A stretch of DNA of 63,885 nucleotides, the filler included, from Craspedostauros australis (Eukaryota), in NCBI GenBank assembly GCA_030167865.1. It is 7 parts of 7 records of this genome, joined end to end, with 100 filler letters (N's around TTAATTAATTAA, not from the genome) between each part and the next. Parts side by side here need not be neighbours in the genome. Positions count along the whole stretch, not along the records: positions 1 to 19,915 come from JALAGF010005960.1; positions 20,016 to 44,671 come from JALAGF010005965.1; 5 more parts are not named here. One strand, 5' to 3'. The notes beneath the pieces were generated by a model. That model saw nothing but the letters and a program-made list of their open reading frames with translations, had not been told where the DNA came from and ran no database searches. Below are positions 9,047-20,146 of the stretch, piece after piece (position 1 is the first letter of the stretch; every line of letters begins with the position of its first letter). The position numbers and the translations under genes were made by a program.

Positions 9047-11998
9047 TCACACAGCGTTGCTTGCATGCTCGGCCATCTTGATATGCCTCCGGGAGGAGAT
9101 CATGTCAGGGACAGCATCAACGCGGCCTTCAAGGCTGTTGGTGCTGGTGCTATTGCTTCGGCTCCTGCTTTTGCTGGACCTGCTCTTGCTCTTGCTGCGC
9201 TTCTTCGACCTTTGACTCTTTTGCTTCGAAGAGGAGTGGTTGCTGCTCATCAAACTGGAGCTTCGGGAAAGGGCGCGAAGCAAGGTGTCCTCGCCTGCCA
9301 ACAGACAATCACGCAGGGAGACGGAGTTGGCTCCTGAGTTGGGAAGGAGGGAACGCAGGGAGGTTCTGTCAGCCATGGCCTGGTGCAACAGTGATGATGG
9401 TCTCTCCTGCAGCGATCGTGACGACTTGGCCTTGGGCAGACGGCGCTGACCTCCACGGGCACGGCTCCCGTTCCGGTTTCCGCTCCTGCTGCCGCTCCTG
9501 CTCCTGCTTTTCCCGCTGGCGCGGCTGCGGCTGTGGCTGTTTCTGCTGCTGCTACTCCTGCTTCGGCTCTTGCGCAGCTGGGATCTCTTGCTATCGCTCC
9601 TGTCATTCGAACTGACGGAGTCGCCAGATCCCAGATCCTTAATCGTCTTGGAGTCAATGGAACGCAACGACAACGTCTTTCGGAACGTCCTCTTCGCCGC
9701 ATGCAGGTGCGCCTCCATGCGTTCCATCCCTCCGATCGCACCTGCCTGCTGCGATGACGACGATGCCGACGACGAGGTCGTTGTTGAGATTAGCATCGAC
9801 TTCGTCCGCGACGATGGCTTGGGCTTTGCCCGCAGCTCCAACCTGAGCTGCTGCTTGAGGCTCATGGGGCAATCGGACAGCGACTTCGATTTGTGCTTCT
9901 CGTTCTTCCTCACCATCCTGCCAGCCTTGTAAATGAACTTGCTCGAGGACGAGCGTTCGATCTTGCCGGGAGGATCCGAGGTGGATTCCGTGCTGTTGGA
10001 AATCGACGGATCGTCTCCGCGTCGCGGACGCCGGCGCTTCGATCGTGGCTTCTCGGCCTTGCCTCCGGGCAAAGTCAAGGACCTGGAGCTCGAAGTGCGT
10101 CGCGATTTGGATCGCGAGCCGGGTCTCGATCGAGATTGCGATCGCGACTGCATCGATGCATCCATCGAGGCGTCCATGGAGGCATCTCCGCTGTGGTTCG
10201 ATCCAGCTCGAATCGCGACAGGACTGCTGTCATTGGAGTGTGCGATTTTTGTTTCTGCGCTCGTAGCCATGCGTGCCGCAGGTGCTGTTGGGCTTGATGA
10301 TAGCATTGCCAATGCAGCCGCCAACTTGGTCGATGATGCCGCTGGCACCGACTTTGATGTCTTGGACGAAGACTTCGTCTTGTGGGAGCGCATCGTGTCC
10401 GAGTGGTGGCTGCCACTTGGATCGCCCAGCTTCGAGTGCGACGAGGAGGACAGACCGCGGTTGCGTCGCTTCTGGATACTGGCGCTTCCCTTCGTGCTCT
10501 CTTCGTGCATCGAATGCGAGAGGCCGCTGGACCGCGACTTCTGGCTCGTGGGTGAGCCGTGGCTGCGCTCCTCGAGGCTCTCATCGAAGATCGCCCGCCG
10601 CGATGGCGTGCGCAGCATGTCGATGGGGGCATGCTCCCGAATCTGCTTGAAGCGGTTTCTCATTCGCGAGTAGTCTATGCTCGCAGGCAGCGTGACCTCG
10701 GTGGTGTCGTCATCGGTGATGCTGTGAATTGCGAACGAAGTGTGGCTCTTGATGCCGCTCTCGTCTGCGCTCGTCGCCGTGCTGATGCTGCAGACGCTGG
10801 CTCTGACGCCAAACGTGTCGGCTCTGCGGCCGCCGCCGATGCGCAGCGGGATGGAGGTGTGGTGGCTGATGGATGGTTCTCGGATCGGTGCGTTGGGCAC
10901 GCTGTCGTTGCACAAGAGCTGGAGTCTGCGGAATCGGTCAGGCTGTTTGGAGCAGTCGATTTCAGATGCCAGCGTTGGCTCCGAGATATCATCTGCATGG
11001 CCATCATCATCGTCATGGTCGCCGCCGCTGCCGCGTTTTCCCCTGTCTCCGCTGGGCGAGTCCATCGCAGTGCGGGCTGCAGCTTTGGGACGTCCCTGAG
11101 AAGGTGACGGAGAGGGGTGGGAGATGATGGTCTCGTCGTCCATCTTCATGGACATATGCAGCTTGGCGGAGCTTCCATGCACGCTGTCGAGGTCGGAGTA
11201 GCGGTAGAGCTGCGTGGGGCTCGAGAGCGGCGACAGCGCTCCCAGCGAGAAGCGCGACACGTTGGCCGACGACGATGGCGACATGATGCTGTCGACGCCC
11301 TTGTGCTTGCGCTCACTCACGATGCTCGTGGCCTCCGTGACGCCGCTGACGCAAGCGCTCTCCCAATCCGAGCTGCATTCCACGGCGGTGCGCGGCGACT
11401 CTTCGTTGGCGTTCCTGCTCGCGTTGATTCGGCTGCGTCTCGATCGCAGAGGCTTCCTTCGGCTGGCGTCGCTTGTGCGGCGGATGGGGATGACCTGGAT
11501 GGCCGTATCCTTGCGTGCTTGGGCACCGACGTTCCATTTGTTGGTCGTCATGTCTGCGTTCGTGCTCATGTTCGTGCTCATGTTCAGGCTGCTGTGGACG
11601 ATGCGCTCATGCTCATCCTGGCTCAGCGAGCGCGATGCCAGCAACTTGCTGCTGCTGATGATGGTATCATTGATCTCCGCATCCGTGTGGCTGCCGCCGT
11701 TGCTGTTCATGCTGTTGCTGTGAATGCTGCTTGCGTTGGTCCTTGGCTGCTGCGTTGAATCTGGATGACGTCCGAGCCAACCCATCACGTCGACACTATC
11801 GAAGTTCAACAGATCGCTTTGCAGTTCCACGATTGCGATCCCTGTGGCCATCGCCGGACTCGTATTCTGTCTTCGTTGCCTTGGTTGCGCTTGATGGTTG
11901 GGCTTCTGTTGCTGCTGCTGCAGGACTTGCTGTTGTCTGACTTGCACGCTATGGGTACTCGTAGTCGTATGTTGTGAGTCTTTGTGCTGGTCCCGCAT
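9047..11998 (-). CDS. Hypothetical Ser/Arg-rich intrinsically disordered protein (983 aa)
   Basis: A 2.95-kb uninterrupted ORF with ATG start and low-complexity S/R/K tracts. No recognisable domain. Confidence 0.7.
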   Translation of the reverse strand: MRDQHKDSQHTTTSTHSVQVRQQQVLQQQQQKPNHQAQPRQRRQNTSPAMATGIAIVELQSDLLNFDSVDVMGWLGRHPDSTQQPRTNASSIHSNSMNSNGGSHTDAEINDTIISSSKLLASRSLSQDEHERIVHSSLNMSTNMSTNADMTTNKWNVGAQARKDTAIQVIPIRRTSDASRRKPLRSRRSRINASRNANEESPRTAVECSSDWESACVSGVTEATSIVSERKHKGVDSIMSPSSSANVSRFSLGALSPLSSPTQLYRYSDLDSVHGSSAKLHMSMKMDDETIISHPSPSPSQGRPKAAARTAMDSPSGDRGKRGSGGDHDDDDGHADDISEPTLASEIDCSKQPDRFRRLQLLCNDSVPNAPIREPSISHHTSIPLRIGGGRRADTFGVRASVCSISTATSADESGIKSHTSFAIHSITDDDTTEVTLPASIDYSRMRNRFKQIREHAPIDMLRTPSRRAIFDESLEERSHGSPTSQKSRSSGLSHSMHEESTKGSASIQKRRNRGLSSSSHSKLGDPSGSHHSDTMRSHKTKSSSKTSKSVPAASSTKLAAALAMLSSSPTAPAARMATSAETKIAHSNDSSPVAIRAGSNHSGDASMDASMDASMQSRSQSRSRPGSRSKSRRTSSSRSLTLPGGKAEKPRSKRRRPRRGDDPSISNSTESTSDPPGKIERSSSSKFIYKAGRMVRKNEKHKSKSLSDCPMSLKQQLRLELRAKPKPSSRTKSMLISTTTSSSASSSSQQAGAIGGMERMEAHLHAAKRTFRKTLSLRSIDSKTIKDLGSGDSVSSNDRSDSKRSQLRKSRSRSSSSRNSHSRSRASGKSRSRSGSRSGNRNGSRARGGQRRLPKAKSSRSLQERPSSLLHQAMADRTSLRSLLPNSGANSVSLRDCLLAGEDTLLRALSRSSSLMSSNHSSSKQKSQRSKKRSKSKSRSSKSRSRSNSTSTNSLEGRVDAVPDMISSRRHIKMAEHASNAV

Positions 11999-14900
11999 TA
12001 TGGGGAGGTGAAGGTTGCCTCCAGTTTCCCTCTACTCCTCGGCAGAGCAGTTGTGTTTGCGCACAAGAGCGATGGTTAAGATGTGATACGAAACGATACG
12101 AAACGATACGATGCGTTGGTCAGTGAGTTGGCCGGAAAGATAAGCCTCCCCTCTGACTTCGTGGTTCCAACACTCACTTGTCCGCACAACACAAGTACAG
12201 TTGCAGTACACGCCCATTCCTCGCAAAGGATTCTCTCCGCACAGGGGCGGTGGTGGCACCAGAGGCGGTTTGCTGTTTCCAGTGCAGGCACGTTGCGCAC
12301 CACAATTGCACACAGGCTGCCTCCGAACACCATGGACAGAGAAACGTTCTCACTCAAACGCGTGGTTCGGCCCAGGAGTTCGCGTTGCCAGCATGGGCAG
12401 AATGAGACCTGTTTTGATGTCTGTGCCGTGTCAAAGACAGTTGACAAAGTCCAAGAGCACAAGCACTCAAAGCAAACGAAGCAAGGAAGGAGCTGACGAC
12501 GAGAAGAACCAGGAGGAATTGTGAGTGGTGGCCCATGCGGCATTCACGTGCTTCATAATGTGAATCACGAAGAGCGGATGAGCAAGTCGTAGTGACAAGG
12601 ACATTTCTTCAATAGGCTTATGTCCGGACATGCTCGCCTTCGACGAATTCCGACCAAGGGGATTGTGTGACTGCAGAGTACAATTCTGTGACGGATAACG
12701 CCAGCATCTCTCCGCTGGATCGCACAAGTGACTCGCGAAGAGAGGGTCAACTTCGCAGATGACCTGAGATGGACACCTATTTATCTTCCAGGTTCGTCGC
12801 TGTGGGCGCAATCCCCAACACATTCACCGGTTTTGTTTCGTTTGGTTTGCACGGACATGACATCGTGACTGAACAAAAAATGGGGCACATCTCAAGCCAA
12901 GCCAAAGCGGCAATCATTTCTTTGTGGAACGAACTGTGCCTGTGTTCGTCGAACCCATCCCAAACAGACAAAGCCCGATCAAAACATGACCACAATTACA
13001 ATCAGAGAGCCTCCACCACTTGCGAAATTCATAACGGACAGTCTCCACAATAACATTAGCGCAGTTGCTCTACCACGGATTGCGCGGTAGTTATCCGGTC
13101 AGATGTGCTTCTTCTGTTGGCGTCGTTATCGTCGTCGCCGTAGTCGTTGCTGCTGTTGTCGTTGTTACTGTCTCCGTCGTCGCGGTTGTTTGCCAATGTA
13201 CTGTTGCTGCCTGCAGATGCTACGACCGCAGGAGCCGCATCGCGAGTCCTGTTCGCTCCATCCGATCCTCCATCTCCCCTTCGCACGAGATCGTAGAAAT
13301 GGGAACATGACTATTGGCGGTGGTCGCAACTCGGTGGAGAAGTTAGCAGTGGCATACTTCCAAGCCGGAATCCCCATGTCCGATTTGGGTGGCTTGACTT
13401 CGCTTTTGCAGGTTAGTTGCAATCCTGCTTTGCGATGCTGTCGACGCCTCAGTATCGGCGTCCTCTCCTCTGTCCTGCCGCGCACATTGTTTACAGGCAT
13501 CTTGATCTGGGGGAGGCACATGGATATTTTGGAACATTTCTTTCAGCTGCAACTGCTCAGAAGGTCTGCGATCAAAGACTTCAATGAGGGCCACGAACAG
13601 GTCAAACACATCCGCAGGAGGCGACGACCGCACCCCCAAGCAAGGCCACCGTTACCGGAAACTTTCTTTGCACTTTCCTTTCAGGGATTCCTTGGGCAGC
13701 GGGCTCTGCCACATGGAACTTGAATGGCATCCGAGAGAGATTAGGCAGCTCCAGATGCATTTCCCCAATCTCAATCATGGATTGCCTCCTCATCGACCAG
13801 AAATGGGACCGAAACAAGCAGTGCCCGGAGTGCTTTGGACTGCTTTGCCTCCGTTTGCGGAATCGGGATAGGTTTCGATGCGACGTCGACGAGGACTGGT
13901 GCAACCATGTAATGCGTTCTCCGTGTACAGGTATCGTGGAGTGCTGATAGTCACAACGCATCGTGATCCATCAATAGTTGCTCGGTCGGTCGAAGAAGAC
14001 GAGACGAGACAGACTTCGATGGTGGATTTGGGCATATCCGATCGGGTGACATCGAGAGGTTGTTGCTTCAACTCCTGCCCAGTGGGCGACAGTTCATGGC
14101 TTGGACGGCAGCAACAATGGAACCGCAAACCCTCTCTTCGCCAGGTACCGCCTGGGTTGTTCCACCAGCGACTCAATGTATGCATTATACCTCCCTGTGC
14201 AAGATTAGCAGAGGGAGCGAGTGAGAGAGCAAGAAAGAGATGCACAAGGTGAGGTGAGGCAAGGCGAGATCGCTTGTTTTGATGGCTTGGAACCTACGAA
14301 CCCTTGTCAAGCAGCCAAAATCAACGGAACACGACGAGCATCTGAACAGCGCAAATGTCATCCGCGGCATCATTTGTGGAACGCGGTTGCTCTGTCGAGT
14401 ATTACTCGAGTACAAGCACATGCGAGTATGAGGCAGAGTGTTAGTTGAGCATTCTCAGAAGCGAATGAAGTAACCTTTGGCAAACCGCGAGCGGATTCGG
14501 CCGCTGCACTTCCTTGGTTTGGGTGGAGGGAGTGACACTTGGTGCGCGGAATCTGAGAGAAACAGAAAATTCAATCACCGGCCATGATTCGCGCCACGCA
14601 GTGATGCTTTTCTGGTCTGTGAGGAGCGCGAAAGTGTTGCAAGACGGGCATGTGCCACAAAACGATGCTGATGCTCCGCAGAGGCAGTCCCATTCGTGAT
14701 TTCGGTACCGAATCTGGGGAGGTTGGATCGAGAGTGCTGGAACATGAGTGTAGTCGTGCAACGTCTCTGTATCCTTCGAGGCCAATGAGGCACAAGGACG
14801 AGCACGATCATGAGCACGACCACAAACAACATCTGCCGAAGCATCCGGGCAGGATCGAGTTCGATTGGGTCAGGAATGAACAGTCTCCCCCTCCTTGCAT

Positions 14901-15070
14901 GAGCTGGCTGATGTGATAGAAGCCCAACCGGGGACTCCTTGGGCGAGGGCTTGCGCTCGTGCCATGCGCGTGCGAGTGTGTGAGTACATACTGGTAGTCT
15001 ATGGCGCTTGAGCACACGCTGAGAATCGAGCTCTGCTGTTGTTTGGAAGTTCATCTTTTCTCCAGGCTCC

Positions 15071-15071
<1 letters not shown>

Positions 15072-15099
<28 letters not shown>
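15072..15099. repeat. (GA)n microsatellite
   Basis: Seen directly. Confidence 0.95.
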
Positions 15100-15102
<3 letters not shown>

Positions 15103-16503
15103 CCATTCCAAGAGAAAGCCAAACAACATGAAATCGCACCGAGAAACGGGTGTCTATCGTTGCCCAAGGTATCCGTGCATATCCAAAACGCTACAACACA
15201 TTGCATCGCCCAAATAGTTCAAGACGTGTGCTGACTGGAGACCGATACCTGAACGCTGTCACATCAGACAGTAGCAGCTCACCATAGTACGAGCGGTAGC
15301 GCTACACATGTAGATCCTCCACAGTGTTCATCCTCGTTCCGACACCGCCAGGCTCAGTCTTCTACTCTACTGTATACTAGGTGTCAAACATAAAATCATC
15401 GACGAGGCGGTGCGCGAGGAGGCGGTTCGTCGCTACCATGACGTGTCCATTGTGCGACTGCCTTCACACCCAAAAAGTGGTAGCAAGACGTCGATCGTAA
15501 CGCCAGTAGCGTTGTCACTTCCCTTACCTCCCGTCGGAGATCCGTGTGCCATTGATTCCGTTCTGGCAACCCAAGTGAAGAAAACCACGAGGTGTATCTT
15601 GGTGCAAGTCGCTTCGCATTCGTTTGGTGGCGAGGCTGTTTCAAACCAACCATTGCGTTCTAGTCTCTGGGAGCCACGAGGACATACCAACGCTTGGCGG
15701 GGTGGCTCGTTTGTATTCTACCATGCACTCTCGTCCACCCTGCTCCATTCCGTTCTTGCGGAGGAAAAGCAGAACGAGTTAGCGCTTGAGTGGGTGCAGA
15801 TGCTTGACATGCGGAGAGCTCCACGCAAGCGAGACCACCAAGGCCGCACCAAGAGCTGCGAGAACCACATCGGTATGGACGCAAACTTGCGCCCAATTTG
15901 TGGGCGCGTGCTTACGCCCAATGAACTTTCTGTGGGTCATCAATTGTGGATGTGTTTGTCCCTGACACAACCAACAAATCAATGGATGACCGCGACTGTT
16001 GGCTCATCCATTCATCAATTAAATTATCACGTATTTCGTCTGGACAGTACCACGCTTGTGTTGTGTCTGTGTTCTCCGAAATGACAGACCTCGTGATTTC
16101 TCAACGCGGACCTCGTAAACGTATCTTTCGCATCAACGAAAAACAAGAACGACACAATCTCGCACACATCTCGACCTAACGCAACACATCCCACACCACA
16201 AATCGTAAAGTATGGCCATCCTCTCTCTCCACCATCCACAATCCAAACGATGGCATTGCATGCTGCAAGGCCCTGCCGCAGTTCGATCCATGGAACCATC
16301 TCTGCCAGAGTTGCGACCGTGACATTGGCCACGCTTGTCATTCCCTTCTTGTTCACTTCCTTCGTCGGCGTTCGATCCTTCAGAGCAACAGCATTTCCGT
16401 TGTGCGATCGGCATCAGAACCATCTTCCGTCCATTCAATGACACCACCTCATAACACCAGAATCGTCCACGATAACGCGAAACGCCCTGTCCAGTGACGA
16501 TGC

Positions 16504-16600
16504 CAACAACGATACCAACAACGATACCAACAACGATACCAACAACGATAGCAACAACGATAGCAATGGCAACAACAACAACAATGGCAACAATGACAAC
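16504..16600. repeat. 12-bp tandem repeat (CAACAACGATAC-like) decaying into CAA/GAC triplets
   Basis: About 5 units seen directly. Confidence 0.85.
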
Positions 16601-16618
16601 GACAATGAGCTCAACACC

Positions 16619-17328
16619 ATGATCGGCTTCGAATGCTTGCTGTCCGAACGATCTTCACGGCTCACGTTCCCCCATCTCATCAACTCCCGATTGGGGAGGG
16701 TGCCTTCCAACCACCGCCGCGTCTTCGGTCATCCTGCTTCCATCTTCTTCCAACGCATCATCGCAAATCAGGAAACGTTGGAAATGTCGTCCCTATCCAT
16801 CGAACCTTTGCGATGATCGCGACGGTGGATTCATCTGATTCATGTTCGAGGTCCCCAGCTCCAATCACGAATTCACCACTGCCGACAGCGTGCCCAGCCA
16901 GGCCTTCTTGGACCGCGAGAAGGAATTCCACATCATCCAAATGCGCGTATTCGCACAACTTGAATAGCAACGATGGTACGAATACAACAACGACGGCGCT
17001 GAACTCCATCAGACTGGCGTGCACGTCGTCCACGGACGCGGCCTACATTGCGCAATGGGGACAGCAACGATTTGGCGATCACTACATCAAGTACGGCATC
17101 ACCACCATCCGGGGATGGCAGCGCGATTCCGGGCTGCGTCCGTGCGCCGTGTATCTACGACATTGCTACTTGGCCGCCAAATCGATGGGAGGTGTGTGTT
17201 TCAACTCCTTCCTCGATGATACGTGCTTGATCGATCGCAAGACGACCGTGCGGGAATACGTGCAACAGTATCCGGACGTCTTGGAGGTGGAGCCGCCGGA
17301 TTCTTTGCGAGAGCGGTATTCAGGGTGA
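16619..17328 (+). pseudogene. Decayed gamma-glutamylcyclotransferase-like conserved protein
   Basis: Conserved blocks lie in three frames: IGF.CLLSERSSRLTFP..RRVFGHPASIFFQR; FEVP..QAFLDREKEF; LRPCAVYLRHC..SFLDDT..L.ERYSG. There are frameshifts near 16808 and 16945 and a TGA at 16836. Confidence 0.75.
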
Positions 17329-17569
17329 GACGATGGCAGTGTGATGGCTTTGGTGACATGAACAACAGTGATGTCCGCCTACCAGCGCTCAAGAGGCACC
17401 GTACTTCGCTAGCTTCTCGTATGTTTGGTGGCAGAGTCCTAAAGTTAGCTCGCATGTGTCCTCGTACCATCACGATTTGCTAGCCATCCATGCATGCATG
17501 CATCCACTCACTTCTTGTTTTGCAGTGCATGGGGAGCATCGAAAGCATACCGAATAGCGATCCAAATAT

Positions 17570-19417
17570 TCATCCATCATCCGATGGGCTCCATTGCACG
17601 GCATTCTCTCCCGCGCTGTATCCCGTTGCAAAGTCCATCAAGAACGAATATCCGTCGGAACAGCCCGTCGCATCCATGGCGCTGCCACACACGAACAGGC
17701 CAGGACACACCTTGCTCTCCATGTTGTTGAAGTTGATTTCGGACAAGCGGATTCCACCCATCGTGCTCCGTCCGGCACCACCAGCACCAGGACCAGCATT
17801 GTGCGTCACCCCAGTGGTAGACGGCGGTGACAGGTCCAGCTGCAATCGACATCCCACCATCATATCCGCCAACGCCCGTATCTTCTTGGGAGACAGATTG
17901 CCCCACTTCGCGTTCGGATTGCAAAGGCTTGACGCCAGTCCGTTCCACACCACCGATGGTACGCACGCAGTTTGCGTCACGGCAAACGATTCCGTCTCCC
18001 AATCGTACTCGTCGTAGTTGATTTTGCGATAGATCAATGGACAGGGTGTATCCATCACGGGTTGCTTGGGATGATCCAGGCGGTATTGCCACAACTCCGA
18101 TTCCACTCGTTCCACCGCACTGAGTTCTGGACAAAAGTGAACGTAGAGCTCTGCGTGGGTGGATTGGTGTGCGTCCTCCTTGCCAAGTTGATCGTGCAGC
18201 TCCTGCGCCGCGAAGGATGTGAGGCGTTGCACAGCCTCGCCGGTCAACATGACAACAGACATGGGATGCTCGTCGTCGTCATCATCATCAATGTTGCCAT
18301 CGTCGTCACCGTCGTCACCGCTGTTATCGCTATCGCCATCCCTCTCGTATGGTACAACGACAAAGGTCAACGATCCCTCTTGTTTGAATGTCCTCGGTCG
18401 TTTCTGTCCTGCAATCTGCACCTTCAACGTCAGCCGCACAAATGGCATGGTGCAGTCAACGGATTGGAAAGAGTCGATGTCATCCAATATGGCAGTCGTC
18501 TGATTCTCTGCATTCAGTACCAACGGATAGCCGCAAGGGATTGGTTCCACGATGCTGTGCCCCAGACTGCAAGCCAACTGCAAACCGGAATGAGAGCTAC
18601 CAGTGGCAAGCACCACGGCATACGCTCGGATAGAATCGTGCGGTTCCTCTCCAATCTGAAGGATGAAGTCGCCATCATCGAGTTGATCTATTGCGATCAC
18701 TTTCGAATTTGTGAGTACCTGGAGTTTAGTGGACGTGTCACCATCCTCCACATCCTCGGTGCTGCCATCGGCATTATCGGCGCTGGCGTCCAGCATGTCG
18801 GCCAACGCATCGGCCAGAGGTTGCGTTGATGCACCGAAGGAGGATTCTGGATTATCCTCCTCCTGTTGTCGTGAACGGACGATAGTCACACCATGTTGCG
18901 TCGGTGTCTCCAACACAACACCAGGCACATATTCTGTCAACCATTCCTGCTGCTGTCGTGGACTCCATGTCTTCGTTAGCAACCCCGCAAGCTCCCGTCG
19001 ACCACGCGGGAATCCTTCCTTGAGTACTTCCGACACCTTCCTCAGAGGATCTCGAGAAATCATGCCTTGATCTTGGTTGGACCTCAGATCGCGAAGGATC
19101 GTTTCAGTTGACTCCAACAAAGCGATCCGTGTGCCTGCGGAGGTTGGTGCATTGCGCAACGCTCCAATGGCAGCAAGCGTCCCACTGGTGCCGCCACCGA
19201 TGATCGCAAGATCTACATGTTGCCGGGAGAGGGGTGCTGATTGCGCCGTTGTCGCTGTCGGTGTTATCGTCGTTGCAGTTGTTGGCCTTGGTGTCGGAGT
19301 GCTGGACAATGCCTCCGCAGATGGGTGGACGAGCAGCAACAGAGGGAGAAGCGGCAACAGAAGTGATGTTCGTATCCATATTGCCACAGTTCTGAAGACG
19401 CAGACATGGAATACCAT
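17570..19417 (-). CDS. HI0933/BaiN-family FAD-dependent oxidoreductase, divergent, with N-terminal signal/transit peptide
   Basis: Rossmann motif AIIGGGTSG, FPRG, VVLATGS, LGHSIVEP, and C-terminal GGIRLSEINF..MESKVCPGLFVCG..D..G..GY....ATGYSAG. Confidence 0.8.
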   Translation of the reverse strand: MVFHVCVFRTVAIWIRTSLLLPLLPLLLLVHPSAEALSSTPTPRPTTATTITPTATTAQSAPLSRQHVDLAIIGGGTSGTLAAIGALRNAPTSAGTRIALLESTETILRDLRSNQDQGMISRDPLRKVSEVLKEGFPRGRRELAGLLTKTWSPRQQQEWLTEYVPGVVLETPTQHGVTIVRSRQQEEDNPESSFGASTQPLADALADMLDASADNADGSTEDVEDGDTSTKLQVLTNSKVIAIDQLDDGDFILQIGEEPHDSIRAYAVVLATGSSHSGLQLACSLGHSIVEPIPCGYPLVLNAENQTTAILDDIDSFQSVDCTMPFVRLTLKVQIAGQKRPRTFKQEGSLTFVVVPYERDGDSDNSGDDGDDDGNIDDDDDDEHPMSVVMLTGEAVQRLTSFAAQELHDQLGKEDAHQSTHAELYVHFCPELSAVERVESELWQYRLDHPKQPVMDTPCPLIYRKINYDEYDWETESFAVTQTACVPSVVWNGLASSLCNPNAKWGNLSPKKIRALADMMVGCRLQLDLSPPSTTGVTHNAGPGAGGAGRSTMGGIRLSEINFNNMESKVCPGLFVCGSAMDATGCSDGYSFLMDFATGYSAGENAVQWSPSDDG

Positions 19418-19915
19418 GATGGTAGATGATAGGACAGTGGTGCTGTTGCTTGACGCTCTGTGAATGAATGTAATGCATGGACATGGATGATGTGACGTGA
19501 TATGACGTGATATCCCTAATGACGTTTTGCTTGCGTCCGGACACTTTCTCTACGTAGCATGCGTCCGGACGCAAATGTAAGGTCGCCGAAAATACCACTT
19601 GTACTACTTAAGTCCCATGTTTCTCCACGATGTCCCGTGTTGCAGAAAAAAAANNNNNNNNNNNNNNNNNNNNNNNNNNNNNNNNNNNNNNNNNNNNNNN
19701 NNNNNNNNNNNNNNNNNNNNNNNNNNNNNNNNNNNNNNNNNNNNNNTCGCGATGCAACACGGCGTCATTGGTCATGTCTCAGGGGTTCCTTTCCGTGCGC
19801 CTGTCTTGCTTTTCTGACGTCATGGGATCTGAGGTAATGATTTTTTACTTTTTGATTTCGATGTCATCCACCACGCTCCTGACAACAACACCAAAATCCT
19901 GGCAAGGGTGTAACA

Positions 19916-20015
19916 NNNNNNNNNNNNNNNNNNNNNNNNNNNNNNNNNNNNNNNNNNNNTTAATTAATTAANNNNNNNNNNNNNNNNNNNNNNNNNNNNN
20001 NNNNNNNNNNNNNNN
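19916..20015. other. Synthetic scaffold linker (44 N + TTAATTAATTAA + 44 N); identical linkers at 44672-44771, 47847-47946, 49939-50038, 55639-55738 and 61881-61980
   Basis: The same 12-mer, which gives stops in all six frames, is centred in an exactly 100-bp N spacer six times. Confidence 0.97.
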
Positions 20016-20146
20016 TGTGGGAAGCGGCGTTTCCATGCATCGATCATGTCCACATTGCCTTGTTCCGCGGCACGTATCAAGTCTAGGTTGCTGATGCTGT
20101 CGCCATCGCTGTTATCGGCGGCGGCAGCCGAGAGAGAGCCTTTCAT
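20016..20146 (-). CDS. 5' fragment of a probable ankyrin-repeat protein, truncated by the linker
   Basis: MKGSLS..LIRAAEQGNVDMI resembles the start of an ankyrin repeat. Confidence 0.4.

Noticed and set aside
15410..16084. 224-aa ORF as a gene or transposase
   Set aside because: GTG start, no recognisable motifs and no TIR pair.
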